In this document: positions 44,701-56,523 of the stretch, one piece after another
Numbering within the stretch: position 1 is the first letter of the stretch
How the letters are laid out: each line of letters opens with the position of its first letter
Assembly: GCA_002269645.1 (NCBI GenBank)
Contig: NIVC01000946.1
Coordinates: forward strand, 62,001 to 126,000
DNA from: Macrostomum lignano
Lineage: Eukaryota
Length of the DNA: 64,000 nucleotides
Direction: 5' to 3'
Position numbers and translations under genes: made by a program
The notes under the pieces: generated by a model
Told to the model about the DNA's origin: nothing
The model's input: the letters and a program-made list of their open reading frames with translations, nothing else
The model's database searches: none

Positions 44701-47700
44701 AGCAGAGAGGGGAAGAGAGGCGGGCAGAGAGGGGAAGAGAGGGGGGCATGGAGGGGAAAAGAGGCGGGCAGAGAGGGGCAAAGAGGCGGGCAGAGAGGGG
44801 AGCAAAAAACGCAGTGTTTCTGCCTTCAGTAACTTTTCTGTGCAACGCACGGCAGGCCAGCTCCGCAGTCTACAGCCAGTCCATCACAGACAGCAATACA
44901 ATATCTAAAGGCTGGGCCGGAGCATCAGTTCTAAAAGATGATTTACAGGCGCCATCAGATGGAATTAGGCGGCTATAAAACATGCCACTCATCTGCAGCA
45001 GCATCCCAGGCTCCATCAAGCCGCCACAAAACTTCACCAGATTTTGCGTGCCATCCAAAGTTTGAGAAACTGCCGATGGTTCAAGGATGCAGAAGAGGAG
45101 GAGGCTGCTAATTAACTGACCCGCTTGCTGCCGGGGCGGTTTCGGATGTAGGGGATATTTCTCCTGCCTTGGCTCCCTTCTCTCCTAGAAGAAGAAGAAG
45201 CTGAGCAGAAAGCGCGGAGAGGAAGGAGAGCAGGCTCTTCCAGGGACAGAGGCTAGCGGTTAGCCGATGGGGAACTTTAATTCAGACTGCCCAAATTGGA
45301 TCCGAATGAATTTTCCCCAGGGGGATCAATGACTCCCCGGGGAGATTGGAGGGGGGCATTGGAGAACAGGTGGCTGACGGCTGCTTGCTGCGGCCCTCGG
45401 CAACGGAGCTAAGCGTAGAAGATGGGCCCGGATTTCCCGGAAGCACTCACTCGGCCACCTCGTCCTCCTTGAAGCAGACACCGCCTTCGGATTCGCAGGA
45501 CTTGCAGTACTGCGGCTGCGGGCTGTTGGAGTAGCGGTGCTCTGCGGGGGTGGCAGGCAGCTCAAGCTTTTATTTGAGTCCAGATTTATTGCTCTAAGGC
45601 ATGCAGCAGACAATGATACAGGCTCTTACCTAGTACCGTAGACTCTCAAGGTCATTACGGACTGTTTTACAGGCATTGCGGACTTACAAATTCATTAGAC
45701 TTACTTACACAGTCATTACAGACATGCTTACACAGTCATTACAGACATGCTTACACAGTCATTACAGACATGCTTACACAGTCATTACAGACATGCTTAC
45801 ACAGTCATTACAGACATGCTTACACAGTCATTACAGACATGATTACAAATTCATTACAGACTTACTTACACAGTCATTACAGACATGCTTACACAGTCAT
45901 TACAGACATGCTTACACAGTCATTACAGACATGCTTACACAGTCATTACAGACATGCTTACACAGTCATTACAGACATGCTTACACAGTCATTACAGACA
46001 TGATTACAAATTCATTACAGACTTACTTACACAGTCATTACAGACATGCTTACACAGTCATTACAGACATGCTTACACAGTCATTACAGACATGCTTACA
46101 CAGTCATTACAGACATGCTTACACAGTCATTACGGACATGATTACAAATTCATTACAGACTTACTTACACAGTCATTACAGACATGCTTACACAGTCATT
46201 ACAGACTTACTTACACAGTCATTACAGACATGCTTACACAGTCATTACAGACTTACTTACACAGTCATTACAGACATGATTACAAATTCATTACAGACTT
46301 ACTTACACAGTCATTACAGACATGCTTACACAGTCATTACAGGCTTACTTACACAGTTATTACAGACATGCTTACACAGTCATTACAGACTTACTTACAC
46401 AGTCATTACAGACATGATTACAAATTCATTACAGACATACTTACACAGTCATTACAGACATGCTTACACAGTCATTACATGCTTACACAGTCATTACAGA
46501 CATGCTTACACAGTCATTACAGACATGATTACACAGTCATTACAGACATGCTTACACAGTCATTACAGACATGCTTACACAGTCATTACAGACATGCTTA
46601 CACAGTCATTACAGACATGATTACACAGTCATTACAGACATGATTACACAGTCATTACAGACATGCTTACACAGTCATTACAGACTTACTTACACAGTCA
46701 TTACAGACATGCTTACACAGTCATTACAGACATGCTTACACAGTCATTACAGACATGCTTACACAGTCATTACAGACATGCTTACACAGTCATTACAGAC
46801 ATGCTTACACAGTCATTACAGACATGCTTACACAGTCATTACAGACATGCTTACACAGTCATTACAGACATGCTTACACAGTCATTACAGACATGCTTAC
46901 ACAGTCATTACAGACATGCTTACACAGTCATTACAGACATGCTTACACAGTCATTACGGACATGATTACAAATTCATTACAGACTTACTTACACAGTCAT
47001 TACAGACATGCTTACACAGTCATTACAGACTTACTTACACAGTCATTACAGACATACTTACACAGTCATTACAGACTTACTTACACAGTCATTACAGACA
47101 TGATTACAAATTCATTACAGACTTACTTACACAGTCATTACAGACATGCTTACACAGTCATTACAGGCTTACTTACACAGTTATTACAGACATGCTTACA
47201 CAGTCATTACAGACTTACTTACACAGTCATTACAGACATGATTACAAATTCATTACAGACATACTTACACAGTCATTACAGACATGCTTACACAGTCATT
47301 ACAGACATGCTTACACAGTCATTACAGACATGCTTACACAGTCATTACAGACTTACTTACACAGTCATTACAGACATGCTTACACAGTCATTACAGACAT
47401 GCTTACACAGTCATTACAGACATGATTACACAGTCATTACAGACATGCTTACACAGTCATTACAGACATGCTTACACAGTCATTACAGACATGCTTACAC
47501 AGTCACTACAGACATGCTTACACAGTCATTACAGACATGCTTACACAGTCATTACAGACATGCTTACACAGTCATTACAGACATGCTTACACAGTCATTA
47601 CAGACTTACTTACACAGTCATTACAGACATGCTTACACAGTCATTACAGACATGCTTACACAGTCATTACAGACATGCTTACACAGTCATTACAGACATG

Positions 47701-50700
47701 CTTACACAGTCATTACAGACATGCTTACACAGTCATTACAGACATGCTTACACAGTCACTACAGACATGCTTACACAGTCATTACAGACATGCTTACACA
47801 GTCATTACAGACATGCTTACACAGTCACTACAGGCTCTTACACAGTCGCCAGCATCTAGGCTATGGAACATTACAGTCTTACGCAGAAAATTAGCAGTAG
47901 ATAACGAGGCCACTCACTGCACTGATGCCGATGTGCCGCGTACACTGTGTCTGTCGGACAGACGCACCTGGCCTCGTTAGGAGCGCACACGCTGTCCTTC
48001 ACCTGGGCGCAGGCGTAGTCATTGTCACGCCTGCAGGGCACGTCGAGCAGCTCTGCGGTTCGAGGGGGAACGGAATCGCCAAGGTGAGACTCTCGGAGGG
48101 TGAGACTCTCGGAGGGTGAGACTCTCGGAGGGTATGAGACTCTCGGAGGATGTGAGACTCTCGGAGGGTGAGACTCACTATTGGAAGGTGAGACTCTCTA
48201 TTGGAGGGTTAGACTCTCGGAGGGTGAGACTCTCGGAGGGTGTGAGACTCTCGGAGGCTGAGACTCTCGGAGGGTGTGAGACTCTCGGAGGGTGAGACTC
48301 TCGGAGGTGAGACTCTCGGAGGGTGAGACTCTCGGAGGTGAGACTCTCGGAGGTGAGACTCTCGGAGGGTGTGAGACTCTCGGAGGGTGAGACTCTCGGA
48401 GGTGAGACTCTCGGAGGTGAGACTCTCGGAGGGTGTGAGACTCTCGGAGGGTGAGACTCTCGGAGGTGAGACTCTCAGAGGTGAGACTCTCGGAGGGTAT
48501 GAAACTCTCGGAGGGTGAGACTCTCGGAGGGTATGAGACTCTCGGAGGATGTGAGACTCTCGGAGGGTGAGACTCACTATTGGAAGGTGAGACTCTCTAT
48601 TGGAGGGTAAGACTCTCGGAGGGTGAGATTCACGGAGGGTTAGACTCAATGAGGGTTAGACTCTCGGAGGGTGAGACTCTCGGAGGGTGTGAGACTCTCG
48701 GAGGGTGAGACTCTCGGAGGGTGTAAGACAATCGAAGGGTGAGGCTCTGAATTGGAGGGTGAGGCTCTGAATTGGAGGGTGAGGCTCTCGATTGGAGGGT
48801 GAGGCTCTCGATTGGAGGGTGACGCTCTGGATTGCAGGGTGAGGCTCTTGATCGTGAATCGCTCTCGGGCCCAAGTAAGATTGAGTCGAGTTTCCCTTGG
48901 CAACAGAGAACAATTATGTTATTACATTTGTTTAATTCTAAATCCATCGGGGCCAACTCTGAAAAATCTGAGCAAAAATCCGCCACGTCATGCAACAAAT
49001 ATCCTCCCCTCTTCCCAAACTTTGTAGACAGGAGGAGCTTAAGCCATCGCCCATGGGAATGGTAGCAGGAGGCATTGAGAGTGTAGGAATGGATTCTGTA
49101 GTAAATTTCACTCGAGCAGCTTATCCATGTCTCAGTTTTTCTCGTCAAAACTTCTGCGGGAGAAAAATATTTACCAGAAACAGTCTCGTTCGCTCAGGGA
49201 ATTTTCGGGGAAGTTCACCCCGCTGATTGACAGGACAGGTTGAAAGGCAAGCGCTGTACCAGCACTTCTCACTGCACTGCAACTCTCTGCATCAGCTGAA
49301 GAAATATAGCATGCCTAGAGCAAACAGAAGTTCAGGTGGTTGAGGCAATTATTCTAGGCAGCGTCTCAAGACTCTCCTCGGCAGCTGCTTATCATGCTCA
49401 ATGCAGCGAGGCGTGTAGCCTTAGCACTCAGCAGTTCCAGAAGTGATAAGGGAAAAGTTCTGGAGGATGTTGCAGGTGGAAAACTACAAGCAAGTGTTTC
49501 AAAGCAATTAAAGTACATTTTTTACTTATTGAATGGCACATGGGTTAAAGGCGCTGTAACTACTGTAACCTGTAATTGAAAGGTTGCAGTGTGCACTAGT
49601 GGCAGTACATCTACGAGATAAAATCCTCCCATTCTCCATTTTTATCCCAAGCGCTGCTTTAATCCCGCCTTCAGTACCCTCCTCCCATTGAAAGCTGCTT
49701 TGATATTTCTAAGCGGCGCTGCCGCAGTGTTACCCATTGATCCGCTGGGATGGCTAAAGGCCAACCAGGGAGTTCCCCATCGCTGCACAGATATCGACTC
49801 TCTTCGACATGGAGTTGGAGCAGAAAGTAAAATAGAATCTTCTCCGGGAGACTAGGAGGAGCAGCGGCAGTGATGGAAGCTGCAGAAAAAGCAGAAAATA
49901 TAAGAACAGCAAAACTGGTAAGGAGCCCCCGGGGCAGGGAGAGCCGGGCCCACATATTGCATCGATCTGGGGGCTCCCAGTCAGTCACTGCCTGCCATCT
50001 GGGTTGGGGCAGCTGGAGCCCACTCTGGATGGATGCTGGGGGCATAACTTCCGCAGGGCCAGAGACTCTGAGCTATAACGATTTCTCATCCTGAGTTCTG
50101 TTAATCTGACATGCACCACTAAGTACCGAGTCACGAGAGCTTCATCAGATTTGCAAGTTTTGACAGTTCTCAATTGTCTTTAAAACGGAAATTTTATTGT
50201 TTCAAAATTGGTTCCTTTTTGTTAATGTGCATAACTCTTGGTACCGGCAGTTCACACAGCTTCTGGAATCTCAATCTCTGTATTTCACAAACAGACACCG
50301 CAGGTCACACACTGACCCCGCAGTTCACACACAGACCCCTCAGTTCACACACAGACCCCGCAGGTCACCCACAGACCCCGCAGTTCACACACAGACCCTC
50401 AGTTCACACACAGACCCCTCAGTTCACACACAGACCCCTCAGTTCACACACAGACCACGCAGTTCACACAAAGACCCCGCAGTTCACATACAGACCCCGC
50501 AGGTCACACACAGACCCCGCAGTTCACACACAGACCCTCAGTTCACACACAGACCCCTCAGTTCACACACAGACCCCGCAGTTCACACACAGACCCTCAG
50601 TTCACACACAGACCACGCAGTTCACCCACAGACCCCGCAGTTCACACACAGACCCCTCAGTTCACACACAGACCCCTCAGTTCACACACAGACCCCTCAG

Positions 50701-53700
50701 TTCACACACAGACCCCTCAGTTCACACACAGACCCCTCAGTTCACACACAGACCCCTCAGTTCACACACAGACCACGCAGTTCACACAAAGACCCCGCAG
50801 TTCACATACAGACCCCGCAGGTCACACACAGACCCCGCAGTTCATACAAAGACCCCGCAGTTCACACACAGACCCCTCAGTTCACACACAGACCCCTCAG
50901 TTCACACACAGACCCCTCAGTTCACACACAGACCCCTCAGTTCACACACAGACCCCTCAGTTCACACACAGACCCCTCAGTTCACACACAGACCCCTCAG
51001 TTCACACACAGACCCCTCAGTTCACACACAGACCCCTCAGTTCACACACAGACCCCTCAGTTCACACACAGACCCCTCAGTTCACACACAGACCCCTCAG
51101 TTCACACACAGACCCCTCAGTTCACACACAGACCCCTCAGTTCACACACAGACCCCTCAGTTCACACACAGACCCCTCAGTTCACACACAGACCCCTCAG
51201 TTCACACACAGACCCCGCAAGTCACACACAGACCCCTCAGTTCACACACAGACCCCGCAAGTCACACACAGACCCCGCAAGTCACACACAGACCCCGCAA
51301 GTCACACACAAACCCCGCAAGTCACACACAGACCCCGCAAGTCACACACAGACCCCGCAAGTCACACACAGACCCCGCAAGTCACACACAGACCCCGCCA
51401 GTCACACACAGCCCCCAATTCCACTGAGAGTTGCATTAGCGCCTAAAACTGTGACGCAGGCGGAACTCCTCAAAGCTCTCACAGCTGCCCAGCTTATTCA
51501 ATTAAAAACCCAAGCCTGCATGGCCTTTGGCCCACCTTTAGCGGCAAAATCATTTATTCAGCATCCAGGTTCCACTTCTCCTGCTCCTTGGGCAGTAGCC
51601 TCTAGGAGAAACAGGGGCAGTTGCTGCCTCAACCTGCCTAACTGCACTCAGAGCAGCAGTTTGGATTCGTATAACATTTCCACCCAATATTTTCTCACGA
51701 GCCTATTTCTCGTATTTCTAAATATATGGCCGGGGGCACTGTGGGTGGCCATTCTGCCCACTTTTTCCATTGGAACGAGAGGCGTTGGAATTTTAACTTA
51801 AACTTTTTTTAAATTCCTCATCTCCCTCTACCCTTTTCCTTCCTCATCTCCCTCTACCCCTCTCCCCCTCATCTCTCTCTACCTCTTCTCTCTCCTCATC
51901 TCCCTCTACTCCTCACTCTCCTCATCTTCCTCTACCCCCTCTCTCTCCTCATCTCCCTCTACCCCTATCTCTCCTCATCTCCCTCTACCACTCTCTCTCC
52001 TCATCTCCCTCTACCCCTATCTCTCCTCATCTCCCTCTACCCCTCTCTCTCCTCATCTCCCTCTACCCCTCTCTCTCCTCATCTCCCTCTACCCCTATCT
52101 CTCCTCATCTCCCTCTACCACTCTCTCTCCTCATCTCCCTCTACCCCTCTCTCTCCTCATCTCCCTCTACCCCTCTCTCTCCTCATCTCCCTCTACCCCT
52201 CTCTCTCCTCATCTCCCTCTACCCCTCTCTCTCCTCATCTCCCTCTACCTCCCTCTCTTCGCATCTCCCTCTACTCCTCACTCTCCTCATCTCCCTCTAC
52301 CTCCCTCTCTTCGCATCTCCCTCTACTCCTCACTCTCCTCATCTCCCCTATTCCTCCTCCCCCCATCCCTCTTCACCTTCTCCCAGTAAAAAATTAAAAT
52401 ATTGTCAACTGAAAGACCGCAAACTCTAGTCTGCAATTATAGTCTGCAAAGCTACTTCTATATGCACTGATATGCATATAGCGCTGATATGCACTAACCG
52501 CTAATATTGGTCAACTACAGCTGTGCATACACTCTGGCCATACACTCTATAAGTAAGCAAAGCATTAGTGTCAGGTAACTAACTGATCACATCGATATGA
52601 GTCTGAGACGATGATGGATGATCTCCCAAGCCCCTGTGCAGTTGGACAACAATGCATTCGGAGACTGGATGGCTGCTGTTTATTGATAGCCAGCACTTAT
52701 TGGCCAACATCAAACCTTTTAACAATGCTAGCACTGAAAAGTTGAGAACTTGTATTTTGCTTTGAGTAAAGTACAAGTGAGTTTGTATAGATTGAAGCGG
52801 ACCAGCGGGGATAACTCTCTGATGGGGAATATGGAGGAGGGGGGAGGGTAGCTAGCCCCGGCTCTCCCTACTCAAGAGCTACTCAAGTCTTCTGCCCTAT
52901 TGAAAAAATTGAGGATTAAAAAATGTATCTGCGCAATCCGAGCTCAACCTGATCAGTCAGAATTTGGATTCAAAAATGCATTAAGAAATCTTGAGCGAGC
53001 TGCTTAATGCTTTCTTGCGTAATTAAAGATTCAAGCAAATCCACAATGAATTCCGATCGAGTTGCTCATGGATTTGAATACGCCTGCGGCACTCCATGAG
53101 CAGCTGATTTCAGAGAAGCTTTTGTTATAGTCTGGCTGAGAAAGGAGAAACTGGAAGACAGAAGCGGAGAATCTGGCGGTCTGGGATGAAGGGGAGGGAG
53201 TAGACCGAGCAGCTATTCACATTTGATGAAGTGAAGGGGAACCAGGGGAGACGGGAAATGCAAAATTTCATAAAGGAAGGCGCGTAGAGTACGAGGGGAG
53301 TGCAGATTGACGGAGGCGGGCAGCGACAGAGATGGTAGGGAGAGAGAAGGGAGAGAGCGAAGACAGAGAGTGAAGGGAGAGTTTGGGGAGAGAGTGAAGG
53401 GAGAGAGATGATAAAGAGTGAAGGGAGAATTTGGGGAGAGAGTGAAGGGGAGTGGAGGGAGAGAGAAGGGAGAGTGAAGGGAGAGTGAAAGGAGAGTGAA
53501 GGGAGAGTGAAGGGAGAGTGAAGGCAGAGTGAAGGCAGAGTGAAGGCAGAGTGAAGGCAGAGTGAAGGCAGAGTGAAGGCAGAGTGAAGGCAGAGTGAAG
53601 GCAGAGTGAAGGCAGAGTGAAGGCAGAGTGAAGGCAGAGTGAAGGCAGAGTGACAGCGGTGCTCCCAAATGCCCCGACTTACTTGTCTGGCAGGCCCGGC

Positions 53701-54006
53701 GGTCCTTATGCCTGACAACGGTGTGCGACGAGGGACACTCGCAGATGAGGTTGGAGCCGCTGGCAACGCAGACTCCGCCCTGAGGATCTGAGCAGGTCTC
53801 GCCAGGCCGGGTGCAGCGGCCGCTATCTGTAAAATACTGTAGTACAGTTCACCGATTTTGATCACGTGCGGAGGCGAAAAGGCCCCCAACTCGGAGGCGA
53901 CAGGACGAGTGGGGTCTGGGGGGCTTCGCTGAGCTGCCCGACTGTCTGCTGCTGCAGCTGTGAGCAGCAGCGCCAACAGGACTGGCGATGAAGGCACGAA
54001 GACCAT
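28947..54006 (-). CDS. Type I membrane protein: signal peptide, five 6-Cys EGF/EB-like modules, ZP domain, dibasic (KR) site, TM helix, cytoplasmic tail; 913 aa
   Basis: Exons (- strand) 54006-53853, 53826-53683, 48052-47918, 45541-45451, 43182-42998, 41585-41427, 36417-36244, 33718-33465, 32262-32102, 31786-31638, 30725-30581, 30410-30118, 29644-28947. All GT-AG, 2742 nt in frame. Signal peptide MVFVPSSPVLLALLLTAAAA; ZP-N VSVSCHSKKMVVKF; ZP-C FPAFRLGNSPNLYFRCTVRVC; KMAKRS; TM VIVIILILLVLLALVSGLVIVVY followed by RRR. Confidence 0.88.
29720..30100. repeat. 21-bp minisatellite, last ZP-gene intron
   Basis: CTCCCTCTGCCCTTCCCCATR, about 18 copies. Confidence 0.95.
30860..31385. repeat. 21-bp minisatellite plus (GACA)n-containing duplication
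   Basis: AGTAGTGRGAGAGTGACAGRC, about 15 copies (30860-31185); then two copies of a CTGGAG..GACAGACAGA..GACAAAGGACAGAATCACAAAA block. Confidence 0.9.
31835..32070. repeat. 21-bp minisatellite
   Basis: GTACCTGCTGACCTGTCTGAG, about 11 copies. Confidence 0.95.
32300..33440. repeat. 12/24-bp CTGTCTAC-core minisatellites
   Basis: CTGTCTACCCAA array followed by AAACTGTCTACCAAACCGTCTACT array. Confidence 0.92.
33825..34905. repeat. 42-bp dimeric (22+20) minisatellite
   Basis: GATTCTGTAAATAGCTGTCTCT alternates with GATTCTGTAAATGACTGTCT. Confidence 0.95.
35468..36170. repeat. Compound minisatellite with variable (TG)n tract
   Basis: CAGGTGTTTTGGGTCAAAGGTGTTATTAGATTTGGTCAGG followed by (TG)n of variable length in each unit. 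Confidence 0.95.
36472..37008. repeat. 17-bp minisatellite
   Basis: GATACTCAAATCCCAGA, about 30 copies. Confidence 0.95.
37640..41325. repeat. 20-bp minisatellite (about 180 units) with 380-bp higher-order blocks
   Basis: GTCTGYAGTGTTCTCACKGT in perfect 20-bp register; identical variant blocks recur 380 bp apart (visible in the ORF track at 37839/38219). Confidence 0.97.
41700..42730. repeat. 17-bp minisatellite, same family as 36472-37008
   Basis: GATACTCAAATCCCAGA with GATACTCATGAAAATCCCAGA variants. Confidence 0.95.
43210..44805. repeat. 22-bp purine-rich minisatellite
   Basis: GAGAGGGGAAGAGAGGCGGGCA, about 70 copies; source of the 400-580 aa spurious ORFs. Confidence 0.96.
45675..47845. 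repeat. 23-bp minisatellite (stop-free on + strand)
   Basis: ACAGACATGCTTACACAGTCATT, about 93 copies. Confidence 0.97.
48083..48850. repeat. ~15-18-bp GAGACTCTCGGAGG minisatellite
   Basis: GTGAGACTCTCGGAGG with variable spacers; ends about 25 nt from the - strand acceptor at 48053. Confidence 0.92.
50288..51415. repeat. 20-bp minisatellite
   Basis: CAGACCCCTCAGTTCACACA, grading into CAGACCCCGCAAGTCACACA. Confidence 0.96.
51815..52380. repeat. ~24-bp pyrimidine-rich minisatellite
   Basis: CTCCTCATCTCCCTCTACCCCTCT units. Confidence 0.92.
53335..53652. repeat. 11-bp purine-rich repeat
   Basis: GAAGGCAGAGT, about 13 clean copies plus a degenerate GA-rich extension. Confidence 0.9.
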
Positions 54007-55129
54007 CTGCAACGATTTCAGTCACGTGACCTCCCTCTGTCTGTATCCGTCTATTGTTTCCGCCTCTCTTTCTCTATGACGGCAGAAATTCCACGTCAGC
54101 TCAGCAAGAGGCTTGAGCGGCGGAAGGAAAGGACGAGCCCGCGGCCTTATGCCAGGGGAGGTTGGGAGGTCCTGAGGAGCTGAAACAGTTGCCGGGAGAA
54201 TTTTTTCCCATTCACAATTCCTTCGCTTGCAAAACATTCACTCCCGGGGAGCAGCCGCCCCACTCCACTTCTGCAGCTACCCTCTCCTCCCCTCTGCTTC
54301 AGCTCTCGGAGCGGACTAACAAGGGAGGGTCGCCGCCGCCGCTGCCACCAGCCTGGAGCCCCTTCCAGCAGGAGGGGTGCAGGCTGTCTGCCCCCCCCTT
54401 GCCCCTGCCCCCTGCCCCCTCCCCAATAACCGTGAAGTTCTGACGCAAAACTGGCCCTTGGTTGGGGTGCCGGGCAGAGTCTTCCCAGGCCGTCTTCAGC
54501 TTTCGCCCTCTCGCCCCTAACCGCTTATAGCCAATCATCGCTTGGCATTTGCCCCCCCCCCTGACTTGACAAGCGCCGCGAAATGGTGAGCTCGCACGAG
54601 ACTCTCGCAGAGTGGCTCATCAATTCAATGAACTCAAGCCAATCATTCGTTTATTTACTTTGTATTAATAATTTCAGACATCGATCAGCTCTGCAGCAGG
54701 AAGCAGATGCAGTTAAAAAATATTTGTAGATAGAAATTCATCTAATCAAAAAGCAAACGGCTTCTTTCCCAGCTCTCCCTCTCTCCCTCCCTCTCACCTT
54801 TCTTCAAGTGCGCAAAGCAGAAACAATGCCATTCCTGCTGCTGGAACAATTGGTGGGCCAACTAAAAAACTCTACCTCTGCAAAAAAGCACTTCCAACTG
54901 TCTTCCTGTCTTCAAGCGCTTGAATTCAAAGGCACCTGTCGTACCAGTGCACTCAGCAACGGAATTGGCTGGCGCTTCTGCCCTGCTGCTCTCTGCCTTA
55001 ATGCGCTTCTTCTAGGAGCAGCTTAAGGACTTTCTGAGACTGCTTCTCTTTTCCAGGGAAATATTGTACAAGGCTACCCCAAGCTCTCTCAATCAACCAC
55101 TCTCAACCACATATCATTCTTTCTCTCCC

Positions 55130-55792
55130 CTGCTCCCCTTCTCACACTGAGATATCTCTCGCCCTTTCTCCCCTTCTCACACTGATATATCTCTCGCCCT
55201 TTCTCCCCTTCTCACACTGATATATCTCTCGCCCTTTCTCCCCTTCTCACACTGATATATCTCTCGCCCTTTCTCCCCTTCTCACACTGATATATCTCTC
55301 TCGCCCTTTCTCCCCTTCTCACACTGATATATCTCTCGCCCTTTCTCCCCTTCTCACACTGATATATCTCTCTCGCCCTTTCTCCCCTTCTCACACTGAT
55401 ATATCTCTCGCCCTTTCTCCCCTTCTCACACTGATATATCTCTCGCCCTTTCTCCCCTTCTCACACTGATATATCTCTCGCCCTTTCTCCCCTTCTCACA
55501 CTGATATATCTCTCGCCCTTTCTCCCCTTCTCACACTGATATATCTCTCGCCCTTTCTCCCCTTCTCACACTGATATATCTCTCGCCCTTTCTCCCCTTC
55601 TCACACTGATATATCTCTCGCCCTTTCTCCCCTTCTCACACTGAGATCTCTCTCCCCTTCTCACACTGAGATCTCTCTCCCCTTCTCACACTGCGATCTC
55701 TCCTTCTCACACTGAGATCTCTCTCCCATTCTCACACTGAGATCTCTCTCCCCTTCTCACACTGAGATCTCTCTCCCCACTTCTCACACTGC
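55130..55792. repeat. 35-bp minisatellite
   Basis: CTCACACTGATATATCTCTCGCCCTTTCTCCCCTT, shortening toward the right end. Confidence 0.95.
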
Positions 55793-56178
55793 ATGAAACC
55801 AGTATGAACAATTTACCAGTCACGTCAACCTTTTAACCAAAAAGTCTCAATTTACCTGCAAGCCAGAATCACAAAAGTAGGCCTTGATTTGTGTGATTAT
55901 CCCAAATTAACCGTTATATGACTCTGAGCCCAGTTCCATGGCAACACGAATAACGGGGTTTATTTGAGTCGCAGAAGTCGTAGGAAATCCATTGTTTCTC
56001 TGGCTTCCATTCCCACTGCCTGGCGCATGCCTCTTAATGAGATGGCATTTTATGGCCCAGCGAACTCGAGCTAATTTACGCTCTCGTTGCTGGGATTCGC
56101 ATTGTCTGAACAGCACTTCGTAGTGCAGAGCAAGTGCAGAACCCAGGTAAACAGCAATCGTTTGGAAAAGTGCCTATG

Positions 56179-56523
<345 letters not shown>

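Noticed and set aside
5272-47845. Regular arrays as possible CRISPR arrays
   Set aside because: Head-to-tail units without unique spacers, no cas genes, and a eukaryotic spliced-gene context.
42942-47980. Very long ORFs (250-583 aa) on both strands
   Set aside because: They are translations of stop-free 22- and 23-bp minisatellites (periodic peptides in several frames) inside introns of the ZP gene. Only 43182-42998 is a real exon.
49671-50045. - strand ORF with signal-peptide-like MWARLSLPRGLLTSFAVLIFSAFSAA as an alternative ZP first exon
   Set aside because: Its only good donor (TGG|GTAACA) is phase 0, whereas the next exon (48052) needs phase 1; no recognisable homology.
50174-51801. 417-aa and 534-aa + strand ORFs
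   Set aside because: Mostly the 20-bp array. The unique tails show no recognisable domain and lie antisense within an intron.
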